A DNA stretch of 64,000 nucleotides from Nitrospirota bacterium (GTDB lineage Bacteria > Nitrospirota > Thermodesulfovibrionia > Thermodesulfovibrionales > SM23-35), in contig JACUUX010000005.1 in the NCBI GenBank assembly GCA_014859105.1, forward strand, positions 1,759-65,758, written 5' to 3'. The notes under the pieces are model-generated. The model was not told the DNA's origin and made no database searches. It was given only the letters and a program-made list of their open reading frames with translations. Of this stretch, positions 1-8,961 are shown piece by piece (the stretch's first letter is position 1; each line of letters begins with the position of its first letter). Position numbers and translations under genes: made by a program.

Positions 1-167
1 ACATAAGCTGAGAACAGATGGAAGAACTAAATGCTGGATATGCCTACTATTCGGGGATTATGTTGTTTAAGTAGTGATGGAGGGTGGGCAAGATCTCAAT
101 CAATAAACGCATCCTTTAAAAGCTTACTTTGCCTTTCGAATGCCTGTCTTGGATTCCGAGGGTAAAA

Positions 168-1337
168 TCATGGGATGATCGCATATTTTATTCCTTCGCC
201 TTTTGACAGCTTATCGAATGCCTTTTGTATATTTTTTAGTGAATATCTCTCTGAAATAAGCTTCGAAACCTTAAGTTTTTTTGTTCGGAGAAGATCGTAA
301 GCCTTCTGCACATCTGATGGTGTATAATGGAAAACGCATCTCAGCGTTATCTCATTATAGTGGAGCCTACCTGCATCATAGGTTACTTTTGTGCCTGATT
401 TGCAACCGCCAAATAAGATAACTGTTCCGCCTCTTCTTACATAATTTATAGACGACTCCCATACCTCGGGCATTCCGGTGCATTCAAAGACGTAATCAAA
501 TCCAATGTTATTGGTGAATTTATTTAACTTAATATCCCCCTCACCCTTACCCTCTCCCACGAGGGGAGAGGGAATATATTCTTTGAAAAGTGACGATGAT
601 ACCCTATCGGATATTATTTCGTTTCTCAGCCATGTGTGTCCTGATAAACTCCCCTCCCTCGATGGGAGGGGTGTAGGGGAGGGTGAATCAGTAATTTTAG
701 AATTTATTACAAAATCCGCTCCAAGTTTTCTTGCAACATTAAGTTTCTTGCGATGTTTATCTGTTATAGTTACCCGCGCTCCCTTTTGTTTTAAAAGTAA
801 TAGATGTAGAAGTCCGATAGGTCCCGCACCTATAACAAGTGTGTTGTTATTTTTCTGAATATTGAGAGACTCTATGCCGTGAACTACACACGATAAGGGC
901 TCGAGAAAAGCAGCTTCTTCAAAAGTTATATTTTTAGGTTTATGAAATACATTTTGTTTTAGAATATGTGAAGGTAAAACCATATATTCTGCAAAAGCAC
1001 CGAGTATCTTTGTCTCCATTATCTTTTCACAGAGATTAGATGCCTTTTTTTTACAAAAGGCACACTTAAGACATGGAGCGCTATGAACTGACATTATCTC
1101 ATCACCTTCTTTGAATCTTCTCACTCCCCTGCCAACACCAGCAACTATCCCGGAAAATTCATGTCCGAAAACCCCAGGCATAGGGATCACAGGGTGGCCA
1201 CGTTTATAGGCTTTGAGATCAGTCCCACATGTCAGTGCTGCTTTGATCTTTACAAGTATTTCCCCGTGAAATGGTTTCGGAGTATTGATTTCCCGGAGTT
1301 CTATCTTACCCGGTTGAATAATGAAGCATGCCAGCAA
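168..1337 (-). CDS. Zn-dependent alcohol/polyol dehydrogenase (MDR family) with an in-frame repeat insertion
   Basis: Track ORF 168..1478 shows GHEFSG, the structural-Zn Cys cluster CLKCAFCKK and Rossmann GAGPIGL. Start moved to TTG 1337 (GGAG 8 nt upstream), directly after the stop of the upstream small ORF. Confidence 0.8.
   Translation of the reverse strand: MLACFIIQPGKIELREINTPKPFHGEILVKIKAALTCGTDLKAYKRGHPVIPMPGVFGHEFSGIVAGVGRGVRRFKEGDEIMSVHSAPCLKCAFCKKKASNLCEKIMETKILGAFAEYMVLPSHILKQNVFHKPKNITFEEAAFLEPLSCVVHGIESLNIQKNNNTLVIGAGPIGLLHLLLLKQKGARVTITDKHRKKLNVARKLGADFVINSKITDSPSPTPLPSREGSLSGHTWLRNEIISDRVSSSLFKEYIPSPLVGEGKGEGDIKLNKFTNNIGFDYVFECTGMPEVWESSINYVRRGGTVILFGGCKSGTKVTYDAGRLHYNEITLRCVFHYTPSDVQKAYDLLRTKKLKVSKLISERYSLKNIQKAFDKLSKGEGIKYAIIP
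536..688. repeat. ~153-nt palindromic-ended element inside the ADH coding frame
   Basis: Left end is CCCCTCACCCTTACCCTCTCCCACGAGGGGAGAGGG. Right end is CCCCTCCCTCGATGGGAGGGGTGTAGGGGAGGGTGA. The ends are inverted relative to each other and each is a hairpin. The element adds about 51 aa (DSPSPTPLPSREGS...PSPLVGEGKGEGD) in a surface loop of the Rossmann domain. Confidence 0.7.
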
Positions 1338-1339
1338 CT

Positions 1340-1588
1340 TCAGAGCTCCAGCTTTCCGCCAAGTATCTGTCCGATAATAGCAGCAAATGCAAAGAGGGGT
1401 ATAAATTTTATGTCTATATTGGAGATGGTCCTTGCGAGAAGTATAAAGGGTATAGGGATATGTATATATAAGAACCATCGCAGAGAATATCTTCTTGTTT
1501 TTGCGCGTGCATATCCGAATATAAGATTAAGTAAAAGTGCGAATGCTAGGATTGTAAAAACAGCATAAAATTTATTATAAAAATCCAT
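1340..1588 (-). CDS. small hydrophobic membrane protein (82 aa)
   Basis: ATG at 1588 within track ORF 1340..1666. Two or three hydrophobic segments. The stop lies 2 nt before the ADH TTG start. Confidence 0.4.
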   Translation of the reverse strand: MDFYNKFYAVFTILAFALLLNLIFGYARAKTRRYSLRWFLYIHIPIPFILLARTISNIDIKFIPLFAFAAIIGQILGGKLEL

Positions 1589-1730
1589 AGTGAAAAATAC
1601 CTTAAAGATATTATATAAGTCAATTCTGTGGCAAATGTAGAGAATTTTGATATATTTATAATACAATTTATAGAATACTAACTCATTTTATTCATAGCGA
1701 ACTCTGTTCCAATGATTGATACGTTAAGCC

Positions 1731-1790
1731 GTCATTCCCGCTTGCCGGGAATCTTTCTTCAAAGAAGGATGCCGGACAAGCCGGCATGAC
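1731..1790. repeat. intergenic palindromic repeat, family GTCAT...ATGAC (copy 1)
   Basis: GTCAT-TCCCGCTTGCCGGGA-ATCTTTCTTCAAAGAAGGAT-GCCGGACAAGCCGGC-ATGAC: two 5-bp arm hairpins plus a central hairpin. Confidence 0.85.
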
Positions 1791-1974
1791 AAAAAACAAC
1801 CATATTAAATAACTTTTACGATCTTTGGAGATTTATAACATAACAGTATGTATATTAATCATAAAGAGGCAAAATCCATCGGAGGTCGAAGACCGAGAAT
1901 GAGCGAAAATACTATGTCGTGTCTTAATAAATAATCTGGGCTAATTATAAAGTAAGGATATCGAAGACAAAACG

Positions 1975-2181
1975 TTGGAAAACACTGAAGAAAAGATCAA
2001 GGAAATTCTTGAGAGCTTGCAATGTATTTTAACTGCTCATGAGAGTTGTGCAGAATTATTAGAGTTGAAAGATAACAAGGCGGTTATATATTGCGGAGGT
2101 CCATGTAAACAATGTGACAACAGATGTATCGAAGGGGCAATTAAAGAGCAATTACCCTACATCGAGGTTATTATACAATAA
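1975..2181 (+). CDS. NifU C-terminal-like (Nfu-type) small Fe-S protein
   Basis: 68 aa with a TTG start and a CGGPCKQC motif in the usual NifU_C context. Confidence 0.55.
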   Translation: MENTEEKIKEILESLQCILTAHESCAELLELKDNKAVIYCGGPCKQCDNRCIEGAIKEQLPYIEVIIQ

Positions 2182-2195
2182 AATAGGGAGGAATT

Positions 2196-2765
2196 ATGAA
2201 TACGGTATTAAAGGCGATTGCTGAAAGAAGGGCTGTAAGAACTTATGAATCAAAGCCGGTTCACAGGAACATGATTAACAAGATTATAGAAGCAGCAAAT
2301 CAGGCACCGTCTGCCATGAACAGCCAGCCGTGGAGGTTTGTTGTGGTTGAAGACAAAGAATTCCATAAAAAACTCACTGAAGCAGCAATCCCTCAGAGCC
2401 GGAAACGGCTTGAGTCTTTCAAGAATGCTAATCCGGAAAGATATGAGGCTATCATGAAAAGATACGATGAACTTGAGGATCCGATTTACTATTCATCTCC
2501 TGTGATAATATTCGTCATCGGGTCGGGCCCTTTTGCAGATCTTTCATGCCCGCTTGCATGTCAGAATATAATGTTAGCTGCATATTCACTGGGACTTGGA
2601 AGCTGCTGGGTACATTTTGGCTCTCTGGTTACAGATAATGAAGAAATAAGGAAAGAACTTGAATTCAAGGAAGACGAGAAGATATACGGGCCTATAATTA
2701 TTGGTCATACTCAGAAATTCCCTGAACCACCGCCGAAAAAAGAGGCACATGTAAAGTGGATATAG
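2196..2765 (+). CDS. nitroreductase family protein
   Basis: N-terminal RRAVRTY...P motif, SAMNSQPWRFVVV, GGAGG RBS upstream. Confidence 0.8.
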   Translation: MNTVLKAIAERRAVRTYESKPVHRNMINKIIEAANQAPSAMNSQPWRFVVVEDKEFHKKLTEAAIPQSRKRLESFKNANPERYEAIMKRYDELEDPIYYSSPVIIFVIGSGPFADLSCPLACQNIMLAAYSLGLGSCWVHFGSLVTDNEEIRKELEFKEDEKIYGPIIIGHTQKFPEPPPKKEAHVKWI

Positions 2766-2773
2766 TGATTTAT

Positions 2774-5146
2774 TTATTTTAACATTATTAAAGTTATACC
2801 ATTACCTCCTTCTTCGAAAGTTCCGCTCCTGAAGGATTTTACAAGAGGGTGCCCGTTCAAATGTTCATGTATAGCTTTCATTAGCAGTCCCTTGCCGATA
2901 CCATGAATAATTATTCCCTCACGCAATTCAGCTAAAGCAGCATGGTTAAGGAATTTTTCAAGTCTTGATAGTGCCTCATCCACTCTTAAGCCAACGAGAT
3001 TTATTCTCGATGAAACAGTCTCTTCTTTTTCTTTATCGACCTGAAAAGTGCCCTCTTTTACAGGTATAGCTTTATCTTTCTTGAAACGTATCTCTGATAA
3101 CGGGACTTCAATCTCCATATTTTTAGCCAATATTTTTAGCCGGTTATTTTTCCTGTTAATGTCTATGACTGATGCATCGTATCCAAGAGGTATGACAAAT
3201 ACCACGTCTCCCTCTTTTATCTCATCTATTAAAGGAATGGCATGGTCTTCTGTTTCATATTTCATACGTTTTTTCTCGATCTCTACTTTATTGGATTCGT
3301 GTTGCTTGAGAATCTTACGGCTTTCTTCCTTTCCTTTTTTCTTCATTTCTTCAAGCAAGGCATTCATCTGCCTTCGTGTTTCTGAAACGATATCTGAAGC
3401 CTCTTTATAAGCATTTGCGAGTATTTCTTTTTGTCTTTTTTCCAATTCGGATACCCTTTGTCTGAGCAGTCTGTTTTTTTCTTCTATTTCTGCTTTCTGT
3501 TGTTTAAGTTCATTAAGCATTTTTTCGTATTGCAATCTTTTTTCGTTAAGATCAGCTATCAGATTGTCAAATTCAGATTTCATCGTCCCTAATAGACCTT
3601 TTGCTTCATTGATTACATTATCCGGCATGCCATATCTTCTCGCTATCTCAATGGCGTGGGATTGTCCTGGCTCGCCAATCCTTAATCTGTATAAAGGGGT
3701 AAGGGTTTTTAAATCAAATTCCATTGAGGCATTGATCATACTTTCTGTCCTGTGAACAAACCCCTTTATCTCTGACAGATGCGTAGTCGCAAAAACAAGT
3801 GCTTTTCTTTTTCTTAATTCTTTTAAAATCGCACACGATATTGCCGCACCTTCTTCAGGGTCGGTTCCTGTGCCGAGTTCATCTATGAGAATGACTGATT
3901 TAGTATCTTTGTTCTTCAGGATTTCAGATATATTTGATATATGTGCAGAAAATGTGGAAAGGTTTTTTTCTATCGACTGTTCATCTCCTATATCTACTAA
4001 TAGATTCTGGACAAGCGGTATGCTTGATGAAGAGTCAGCAGGTATGGGCATGCCGGATAATGCCATGATAATGAGAAGTCCGATAGTCTTGATCGCCACC
4101 GTTTTTCCTCCTGCATTTGCACCTGTTATGACCATTACAGTATTTCCATTTCCCAAATGGATATCGAGGGGTTCTATACGCTGACCACTGCTTATTTTTT
4201 TTAGGGAGAGTTCAAGAAGAGGATGTCTTGCCTTTTCGAGCTTGATTATATCTGAAGAATTTACTTGAGCAGATTCCATCCGGAGGAAATCAGCAAACCT
4301 TGAAATACAATTAAGGACATCGATGTAGAGGATAGTTTTAAATTCTGCTTCTATTTCGTTTATTACTTTTCTTATCATCGAACAGATATTCCTTAAAATT
4401 CGGATCTCCTCCGCCTTTTGCTCGGCGATAAGATTTTCGAGTTCATTAGAGAGATTTATAATAGATAGAGGTTCAATAAATGCAGTTTCCCCGGATTTTG
4501 AAACATCATGAACAACACCTGGCACCATTCCCTTGGAGTCCATCCTGACGGGTATTACCCATCTTCCAGATCTTGTTGTGATAAAATCATCCTGCAGAAA
4601 AACAGAAATTTTTCCGTCTCTCACAATATCTTCGAGTTTTTTACGTATTCTTGCTTCGAGTTTTCTTACCCGGGCTCTCAAATCAGAAAGAAGAAATGAG
4701 GCGCTGTCAAGGATATTCCCCTCACTGTCAATGGATTTTTTGAGAATATTAAATATATCAGGGAATCCGGTAAGATTATTTGTAATTTTTTTTAAAAACG
4801 GCAGATCAAATCTGTCTTTTAGCTGTTCTGATATATCACAGGCGATGCTCAGTACCGGTATAAATTCAGAAAGCTCCTTTGCTTCAAGAACTGCCCCTTC
4901 GGGTTTTATCTTTACAATGTGCTGAGATATATCCGAAAAAAAAGACAGCTTAAGCGGGCTGCCATCGTGGGATGTTTTCCGTATCTCTGAGACCTGCTTA
5001 AGCCTATTTTCGATATCTTCTTTATTATTAAGAGGATAGATTTCTAAAACAGATTTTTTTGAAGCCTCACTGTTCGAATAATCAGCAATAAGCCTTAAAA
5101 GTTTATCGAATTCAAGGAGTTCCATGGAATTTATAGGAACCATCAT
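2774..5146 (-). CDS. mutS2: endonuclease MutS2 (MutS domain V ATPase plus C-terminal Smr)
   Basis: 790 aa, Walker A GANAGGKTV, DELGTGTDP, coiled-coil linker, and a Smr domain at the C-terminus (LRVDEAL...IIHGIGKGLL). Confidence 0.9.
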   Translation of the reverse strand: MMVPINSMELLEFDKLLRLIADYSNSEASKKSVLEIYPLNNKEDIENRLKQVSEIRKTSHDGSPLKLSFFSDISQHIVKIKPEGAVLEAKELSEFIPVLSIACDISEQLKDRFDLPFLKKITNNLTGFPDIFNILKKSIDSEGNILDSASFLLSDLRARVRKLEARIRKKLEDIVRDGKISVFLQDDFITTRSGRWVIPVRMDSKGMVPGVVHDVSKSGETAFIEPLSIINLSNELENLIAEQKAEEIRILRNICSMIRKVINEIEAEFKTILYIDVLNCISRFADFLRMESAQVNSSDIIKLEKARHPLLELSLKKISSGQRIEPLDIHLGNGNTVMVITGANAGGKTVAIKTIGLLIIMALSGMPIPADSSSSIPLVQNLLVDIGDEQSIEKNLSTFSAHISNISEILKNKDTKSVILIDELGTGTDPEEGAAISCAILKELRKRKALVFATTHLSEIKGFVHRTESMINASMEFDLKTLTPLYRLRIGEPGQSHAIEIARRYGMPDNVINEAKGLLGTMKSEFDNLIADLNEKRLQYEKMLNELKQQKAEIEEKNRLLRQRVSELEKRQKEILANAYKEASDIVSETRRQMNALLEEMKKKGKEESRKILKQHESNKVEIEKKRMKYETEDHAIPLIDEIKEGDVVFVIPLGYDASVIDINRKNNRLKILAKNMEIEVPLSEIRFKKDKAIPVKEGTFQVDKEKEETVSSRINLVGLRVDEALSRLEKFLNHAALAELREGIIIHGIGKGLLMKAIHEHLNGHPLVKSFRSGTFEEGGNGITLIMLK

Positions 5147-5199
5147 GAATAATACCTACTTACAAGTGTCATTGACCCGAAAATGTATCCGCCAGTTTT

Positions 5200-5300
5200 A
5201 TCATGCCGGCTTGTCCGGCATCTTTCTTCAAATCGCTAAATAAGGATTCCCGACAAGCCCTGTTAGAAATGAACTTTCTAACAGGGCAAGCGGGAATGAC
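5200..5300. repeat. GTCAT...ATGAC family copy 2, carrying a nested small palindrome
   Basis: ATCATGCCGGCTTGTCCGGCATCTTTCTTCAAA...GGATTCCCGACAAG[CCCTGTTAGAAATGAACTTTCTAACAGGG]CAAGCGGGAATGAC. Confidence 0.8.
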
Positions 5301-5349
5301 AGCTGGTATAGCATGTGTAAATATTGTTTGGGACATTTTAATATTCCTT

Positions 5350-5438
5350 TGTGCCGACTGGTCGGCATGTCGATTCCTGCGAAAGCAGAAATACAGAAAA
5401 ATAGAAGTATCTGAATTCCGGGTCAAGCCCGGAATGAC
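5350..5438. repeat. diverged GTCAT...ATGAC-family copy 3
   Basis: TGTGCCGACTGGTCGGCATGTCGATTCCTGCGAAAGCAG...ATTCCGGGTCAAGCCCGGAATGAC. Same architecture with different stems. Confidence 0.6.
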
Positions 5439-5464
5439 AGACTGATTATTATTTATTAAATGAG

Positions 5465-6706
5465 TCAAGGATTATAATACTTTTTTTTCTTTTTCAGATA
5501 CTCCTGTTCAACATTTCCACCGAAATCATGAGGATATTTGTATCCGGTTCCGTGTCCCAGTTTCTTAGCACCGGGATAATGGCTGTCTTTCAGATGATCC
5601 GGGACTTCCATTGTTTCTTCAGTTGAAATATCTTTCAAAGCAGCTTCGATTGCTTTATAACAGGCATTGCTTTTGGGAGCTTTTGCGATGTAAATAGTTG
5701 CCTGTGCAAGAGGTATCCTCGCCTCAGGCATGCCGATAAACTCTACGGCCCTCAGTGCAGCTGTGGCTATGATCAATGCCATGGGGTCTGCATTGCCTAC
5801 ATCTTCAGAGGCACATATGACAATGCGCCTTGCAATGAATCGAGGGTCTTCACCTGCATAAATCATTTTTGCGAGGTAATAAATGGCAGCATCCGGATCC
5901 GATCCTCGCATACTCTTTATGAAAGCAGAGATTGTATCATAATGCTGGTCGCCTTTTTTGTCATAGACAACTACTTTTTTCTGAATCGATTCTTCTGCTG
6001 TTTGAAAATTTATTTTTATCTTTCCCTGTTCATCAGGCGCACTTGTTAGTGCGGCTATTTCCAATGCTGAAAGAGCCTTTCTCGCATCTCCGTCAGACAT
6101 TTTAGCTATGTGTTTCAACGCTTCTTCATGAATTGTGATATCCATATTGCCCAGTCCCCGCTCTTTATCCTGTAGTGCGTAATTCAAGACTTTTAAGATA
6201 TCTTCTTCAGATAAAGGCTTTAATTCAAATACCTGGCTTCTTGAGAGGAGAGCTGAATTGACATAGAAGAACGGATTTTCTACTGTTGCGGCTATAAGTG
6301 TGATATTACCTTCCTCAACATCAGGGAGGAGAGCGTCCTGCTGGAGTTTATTGAACCTGTGTATCTCATCAAGGAAGACGATGGTATTTATCCCTTTAGA
6401 CTTTCTTGCCCTGGCATCCTTTATAACTTTCCTGATTTCGTCAAGCCCGATTGTAGCCGCATTGAGCCATCCGAAATGGGATTTTGTCTTTTCAGCAATC
6501 ACACGTGCAAGGGCTGTTTTGCCTGTTCCGGGAGGTCCATACAGGATAACCGATGAAATCCTGTCCGCCTCTATAGCCCTTCTCAGTAATTTGCCCCGAC
6601 CGAGGATGTGTTCCTGCCCGACGTATTCTTCGAAGGTTCTGGGACACATTCGAAAAGCAAGAGGCAGTGAAGAAGGAGAAAAGGCTTTCTCTTCAAATAG
6701 TGCCAT
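5465..6706 (-). CDS. rarA: replication-associated recombination protein A (AAA+ ATPase)
   Basis: GPPGTGKT Walker A, FLDEIHRFNK, and a MgsA C-terminal domain (PDAAIYYLAKMI, EDVGNADP). Confidence 0.9.
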   Translation of the reverse strand: MALFEEKAFSPSSLPLAFRMCPRTFEEYVGQEHILGRGKLLRRAIEADRISSVILYGPPGTGKTALARVIAEKTKSHFGWLNAATIGLDEIRKVIKDARARKSKGINTIVFLDEIHRFNKLQQDALLPDVEEGNITLIAATVENPFFYVNSALLSRSQVFELKPLSEEDILKVLNYALQDKERGLGNMDITIHEEALKHIAKMSDGDARKALSALEIAALTSAPDEQGKIKINFQTAEESIQKKVVVYDKKGDQHYDTISAFIKSMRGSDPDAAIYYLAKMIYAGEDPRFIARRIVICASEDVGNADPMALIIATAALRAVEFIGMPEARIPLAQATIYIAKAPKSNACYKAIEAALKDISTEETMEVPDHLKDSHYPGAKKLGHGTGYKYPHDFGGNVEQEYLKKKKKYYNP

Positions 6707-6919
6707 GAATTATGTTTGCTTATATGGGAGAAAATTTTCAAGCTATAGAAGGCGTGATAGGAATGTTCAGGACAATATTTCCCAACATTGCAATAAAATT
6801 GTATTATTTCTAATAAAAGGCGAAACACAAATATTCAGAATAATACTTTATAGCTAATGTAATGTCTCTCAATTAAGTGGAGTAATCAAGGAGATGATTA
6901 GTAAAGCTGTTCTTACTCT

Positions 6920-6992
6920 GTCATTCAGGCTCGTCCGGAATCTTTCTTCCGTTTCAGAAGGATTCCCGACGCCCTTCGCTTGCGGGAATGAC
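6920..6992. repeat. GTCAT...ATGAC family copy 4
   Basis: GTCATTCAGGCTCGTCCGGAATCTTTCTTCCGTTTCAGAAGGATTCCCGACGCCCTTCGCTTGCGGGAATGAC. Confidence 0.8.
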
Positions 6993-7090
6993 ACTCGTGA
7001 GCTATTACTTATGACACATGAATAACTCCAGTCGTTTGTGAGACACTACACTAATCATATGCTGCGTATTTGATTTTAAAAGGTTAGAAA

Positions 7091-8134
7091 ATGAAAAAAA
7101 TATTGCTATTTTTCTTGCTTTTTTTATCTTCTGTAGCCTTTGCCCGGGAATTCTTAGATGTAACACCTGAATATAGAATAAAACTTCCTGAAGATTTTTA
7201 TTTCAAAAAAGAGTACAGAGTCCAGTGGTGGTATTTTACAGGACATCTGTTTGACAAAAATGGCAGGGAATTCGGATATGAGCTTACATTTTTTGTTGTG
7301 AATGTCCACAAAACAAATTATAAATCTCAATTCGGGGTAAACACTATATATATCTCACATTTTGCGATCTCAGATGTGAACGGAAACAAATTTTATTTCA
7401 GTGATAAGGCAGATGCAGGTGCATTCGGCTTTGCAGGTGCAAAAAAAGATCAGCTTGAGGTGTGGGTAGGGAAAAACGTCCTGAAAGGTAACATCGATAA
7501 AATGAATCTCAAGGCTTCAGATGATAAGAATATGATTGATCTAAAGTTGATGCCTGCAAAGCCCGTTGTCCTTAACGGTGAAAACGGATATTCAAGGAAG
7601 TCGGAAGAATCACCGTTGATTTCTTCGATATACTTTTCTTATACGAACATGAAAACCGAAGGAACATTAAAGACAGGTAATCAAACGTTTAATGTGAAAG
7701 GAAAGAGCTGGTTTGACAGGGAAATCTCATCAAGGGGTCTGTCGGAGAATCAGGAAGGATGGGACTGGTTTGCGATACAGCTTGATGATGGAAGGGAAAT
7801 AATGCTCTATATACTGAGAAATAAGGATGGCTCAATTGACAGGTATTCTTCAGGAACTTTTGTTTGTACTGATGGAAAATACCGGCTTCTTTCAATAGAT
7901 GACTTTAATGTAAAAGTCTTAGCTTCCTATAAATCTAAAAAAACAAAGGCAAGATATCCTTCTAAGTGGGATATCCGGATTCCATCCGAAAATCTTGTCC
8001 TTCTCGTCACACCTCTCATCGAAGATCAGGAAATACTTGCTTACGGCACAACAGGTAATTATTACTGGGAAGGGGCATGTAAGGTTGAAGGGACAGCAAA
8101 GGGCAGGGCATATGTGGAGATGACAGGATACTGA
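7091..8134 (+). CDS. secreted AttH/CrtC-like lipocalin-fold protein
   Basis: Signal peptide, then WWYFTGHL and GYELTFF motifs typical of the AttH / hydroxyneurosporene-synthase-like family. It sits upstream of an ABC ATPase and FtsX permease, as in the att-type cluster. Confidence 0.65.
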   Translation: MKKILLFFLLFLSSVAFAREFLDVTPEYRIKLPEDFYFKKEYRVQWWYFTGHLFDKNGREFGYELTFFVVNVHKTNYKSQFGVNTIYISHFAISDVNGNKFYFSDKADAGAFGFAGAKKDQLEVWVGKNVLKGNIDKMNLKASDDKNMIDLKLMPAKPVVLNGENGYSRKSEESPLISSIYFSYTNMKTEGTLKTGNQTFNVKGKSWFDREISSRGLSENQEGWDWFAIQLDDGREIMLYILRNKDGSIDRYSSGTFVCTDGKYRLLSIDDFNVKVLASYKSKKTKARYPSKWDIRIPSENLVLLVTPLIEDQEILAYGTTGNYYWEGACKVEGTAKGRAYVEMTGY

Positions 8135-8148
8135 TATGTTCAATGATA

Positions 8149-8266
8149 ATAAAAGCAGGATATGGTATTTTCGCTCATTCTCGACCCTTATAAAATCGGG
8201 GTCTGCGAGGCAAATTCTTTCTTCGAAAGAATTTAAATCCGCTCAAATACCATATCCTGCTTTTAT
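8149..8266. repeat. 118-bp element with perfect 22-bp terminal inverted repeats
   Basis: ATAAAAGCAGGATATGGTATTT (8149..8170) is the exact reverse complement of 8245..8266. The interior holds the hairpin AAATTCTTTCTTCGAAAGAATTT. Confidence 0.8.
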
Positions 8267-8316
8267 GGATTACAAAATTAGGGGACAGGAATGTCCCGTC
8301 ACAGGAAAAATGGAGA

Positions 8317-8961
8317 ATGATAAAACTCGAAGATGTAGAAAAATATTACGGTAATAACAGGGTTCTCAAGGGAATAAACCTGGAAGTAAGAAGGGGTGAT
8401 TTTGTCTCTGTTATGGGTAGTTCGGGATCAGGAAAATCCACATTGTTAAACCTTATAGGTGGAATGGACAGGCCGGAAAAGGGAAGAATCTTTGTCGATG
8501 GTTCGGAGATTTCGGCATATAATGACGAGCAGCTTACGCTCTACAGACGGGAAAAGGTTGGCTTTATATTCCAGTTTTTCAACCTTTTGCCGAACATCAC
8601 AGTTTTTGAAAATATCGCAATGCCTCTGCTTTTAAATGGATCTGACGACGAAAAGAAAGTTTTTGAGTTTATAAAAAGGGTTGGCCTGGAGGGAAAAGAA
8701 AACGAATATCCTTATAAGGTTTCAGGCGGTGAACAGCAGAGGGTCGCTATCGCAAGGGCATTGATACATGAACCCGAAATCATTCTTGCAGACGAGCCGA
8801 CAGGAAGTCTGGACAGTGAGACGGGCAAGATGATAATGGATCTGATTACACAACTCGCAGAAGAAAAAGGAAAAACGGTTATCCTGGTTACCCATGAATC
8901 ATATATTGCAGAATACGCACAGAGGATAGTCAGGATAAAGGATGGGATAATTCTAAAATGA
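8317..8961 (+). CDS. ABC transporter ATP-binding protein (MacB/LolD-like)
   Basis: Walker [10 protein letters not shown], signature SGGEQQR, Walker B ILADEPT. Confidence 0.9.
   Translation: MIKLEDVEKYYGNNRVLKGINLEVRRGDFVSVMGSSGSGKSTLLNLIGGMDRPEKGRIFVDGSEISAYNDEQLTLYRREKVGFIFQFFNLLPNITVFENIAMPLLLNGSDDEKKVFEFIKRVGLEGKENEYPYKVSGGEQQRVAIARALIHEPEIILADEPTGSLDSETGKMIMDLITQLAEEKGKTVILVTHESYIAEYAQRIVRIKDGIILK

Noticed and set aside
1-167. Possible 3' end of a plus-strand gene at the window edge (…KCWICLLFGDYVV*)
   Set aside because: It is too short (about 22 codons) and featureless to support a call.
5169-5468. ORFs 5169..5468 (-) and 5203..5445 (+) between mutS2 and rarA
   Set aside because: Both are composed almost entirely of two palindromic repeat copies. 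Peptides such as AGQAGMT / SFPRKRESS are repeat read-throughs seen in any frame or orientation.
6300-6857. 185-aa ORF antisense to rarA
   Set aside because: It overlaps the conserved AAA+ region of rarA on the other strand and has no recognisable domain.
8136-8354. 72-aa ORF between the attH-like gene and the ABC ATPase
   Set aside because: It spans the 118-bp TIR element and overlaps the ATPase start, and has no RBS or motif.
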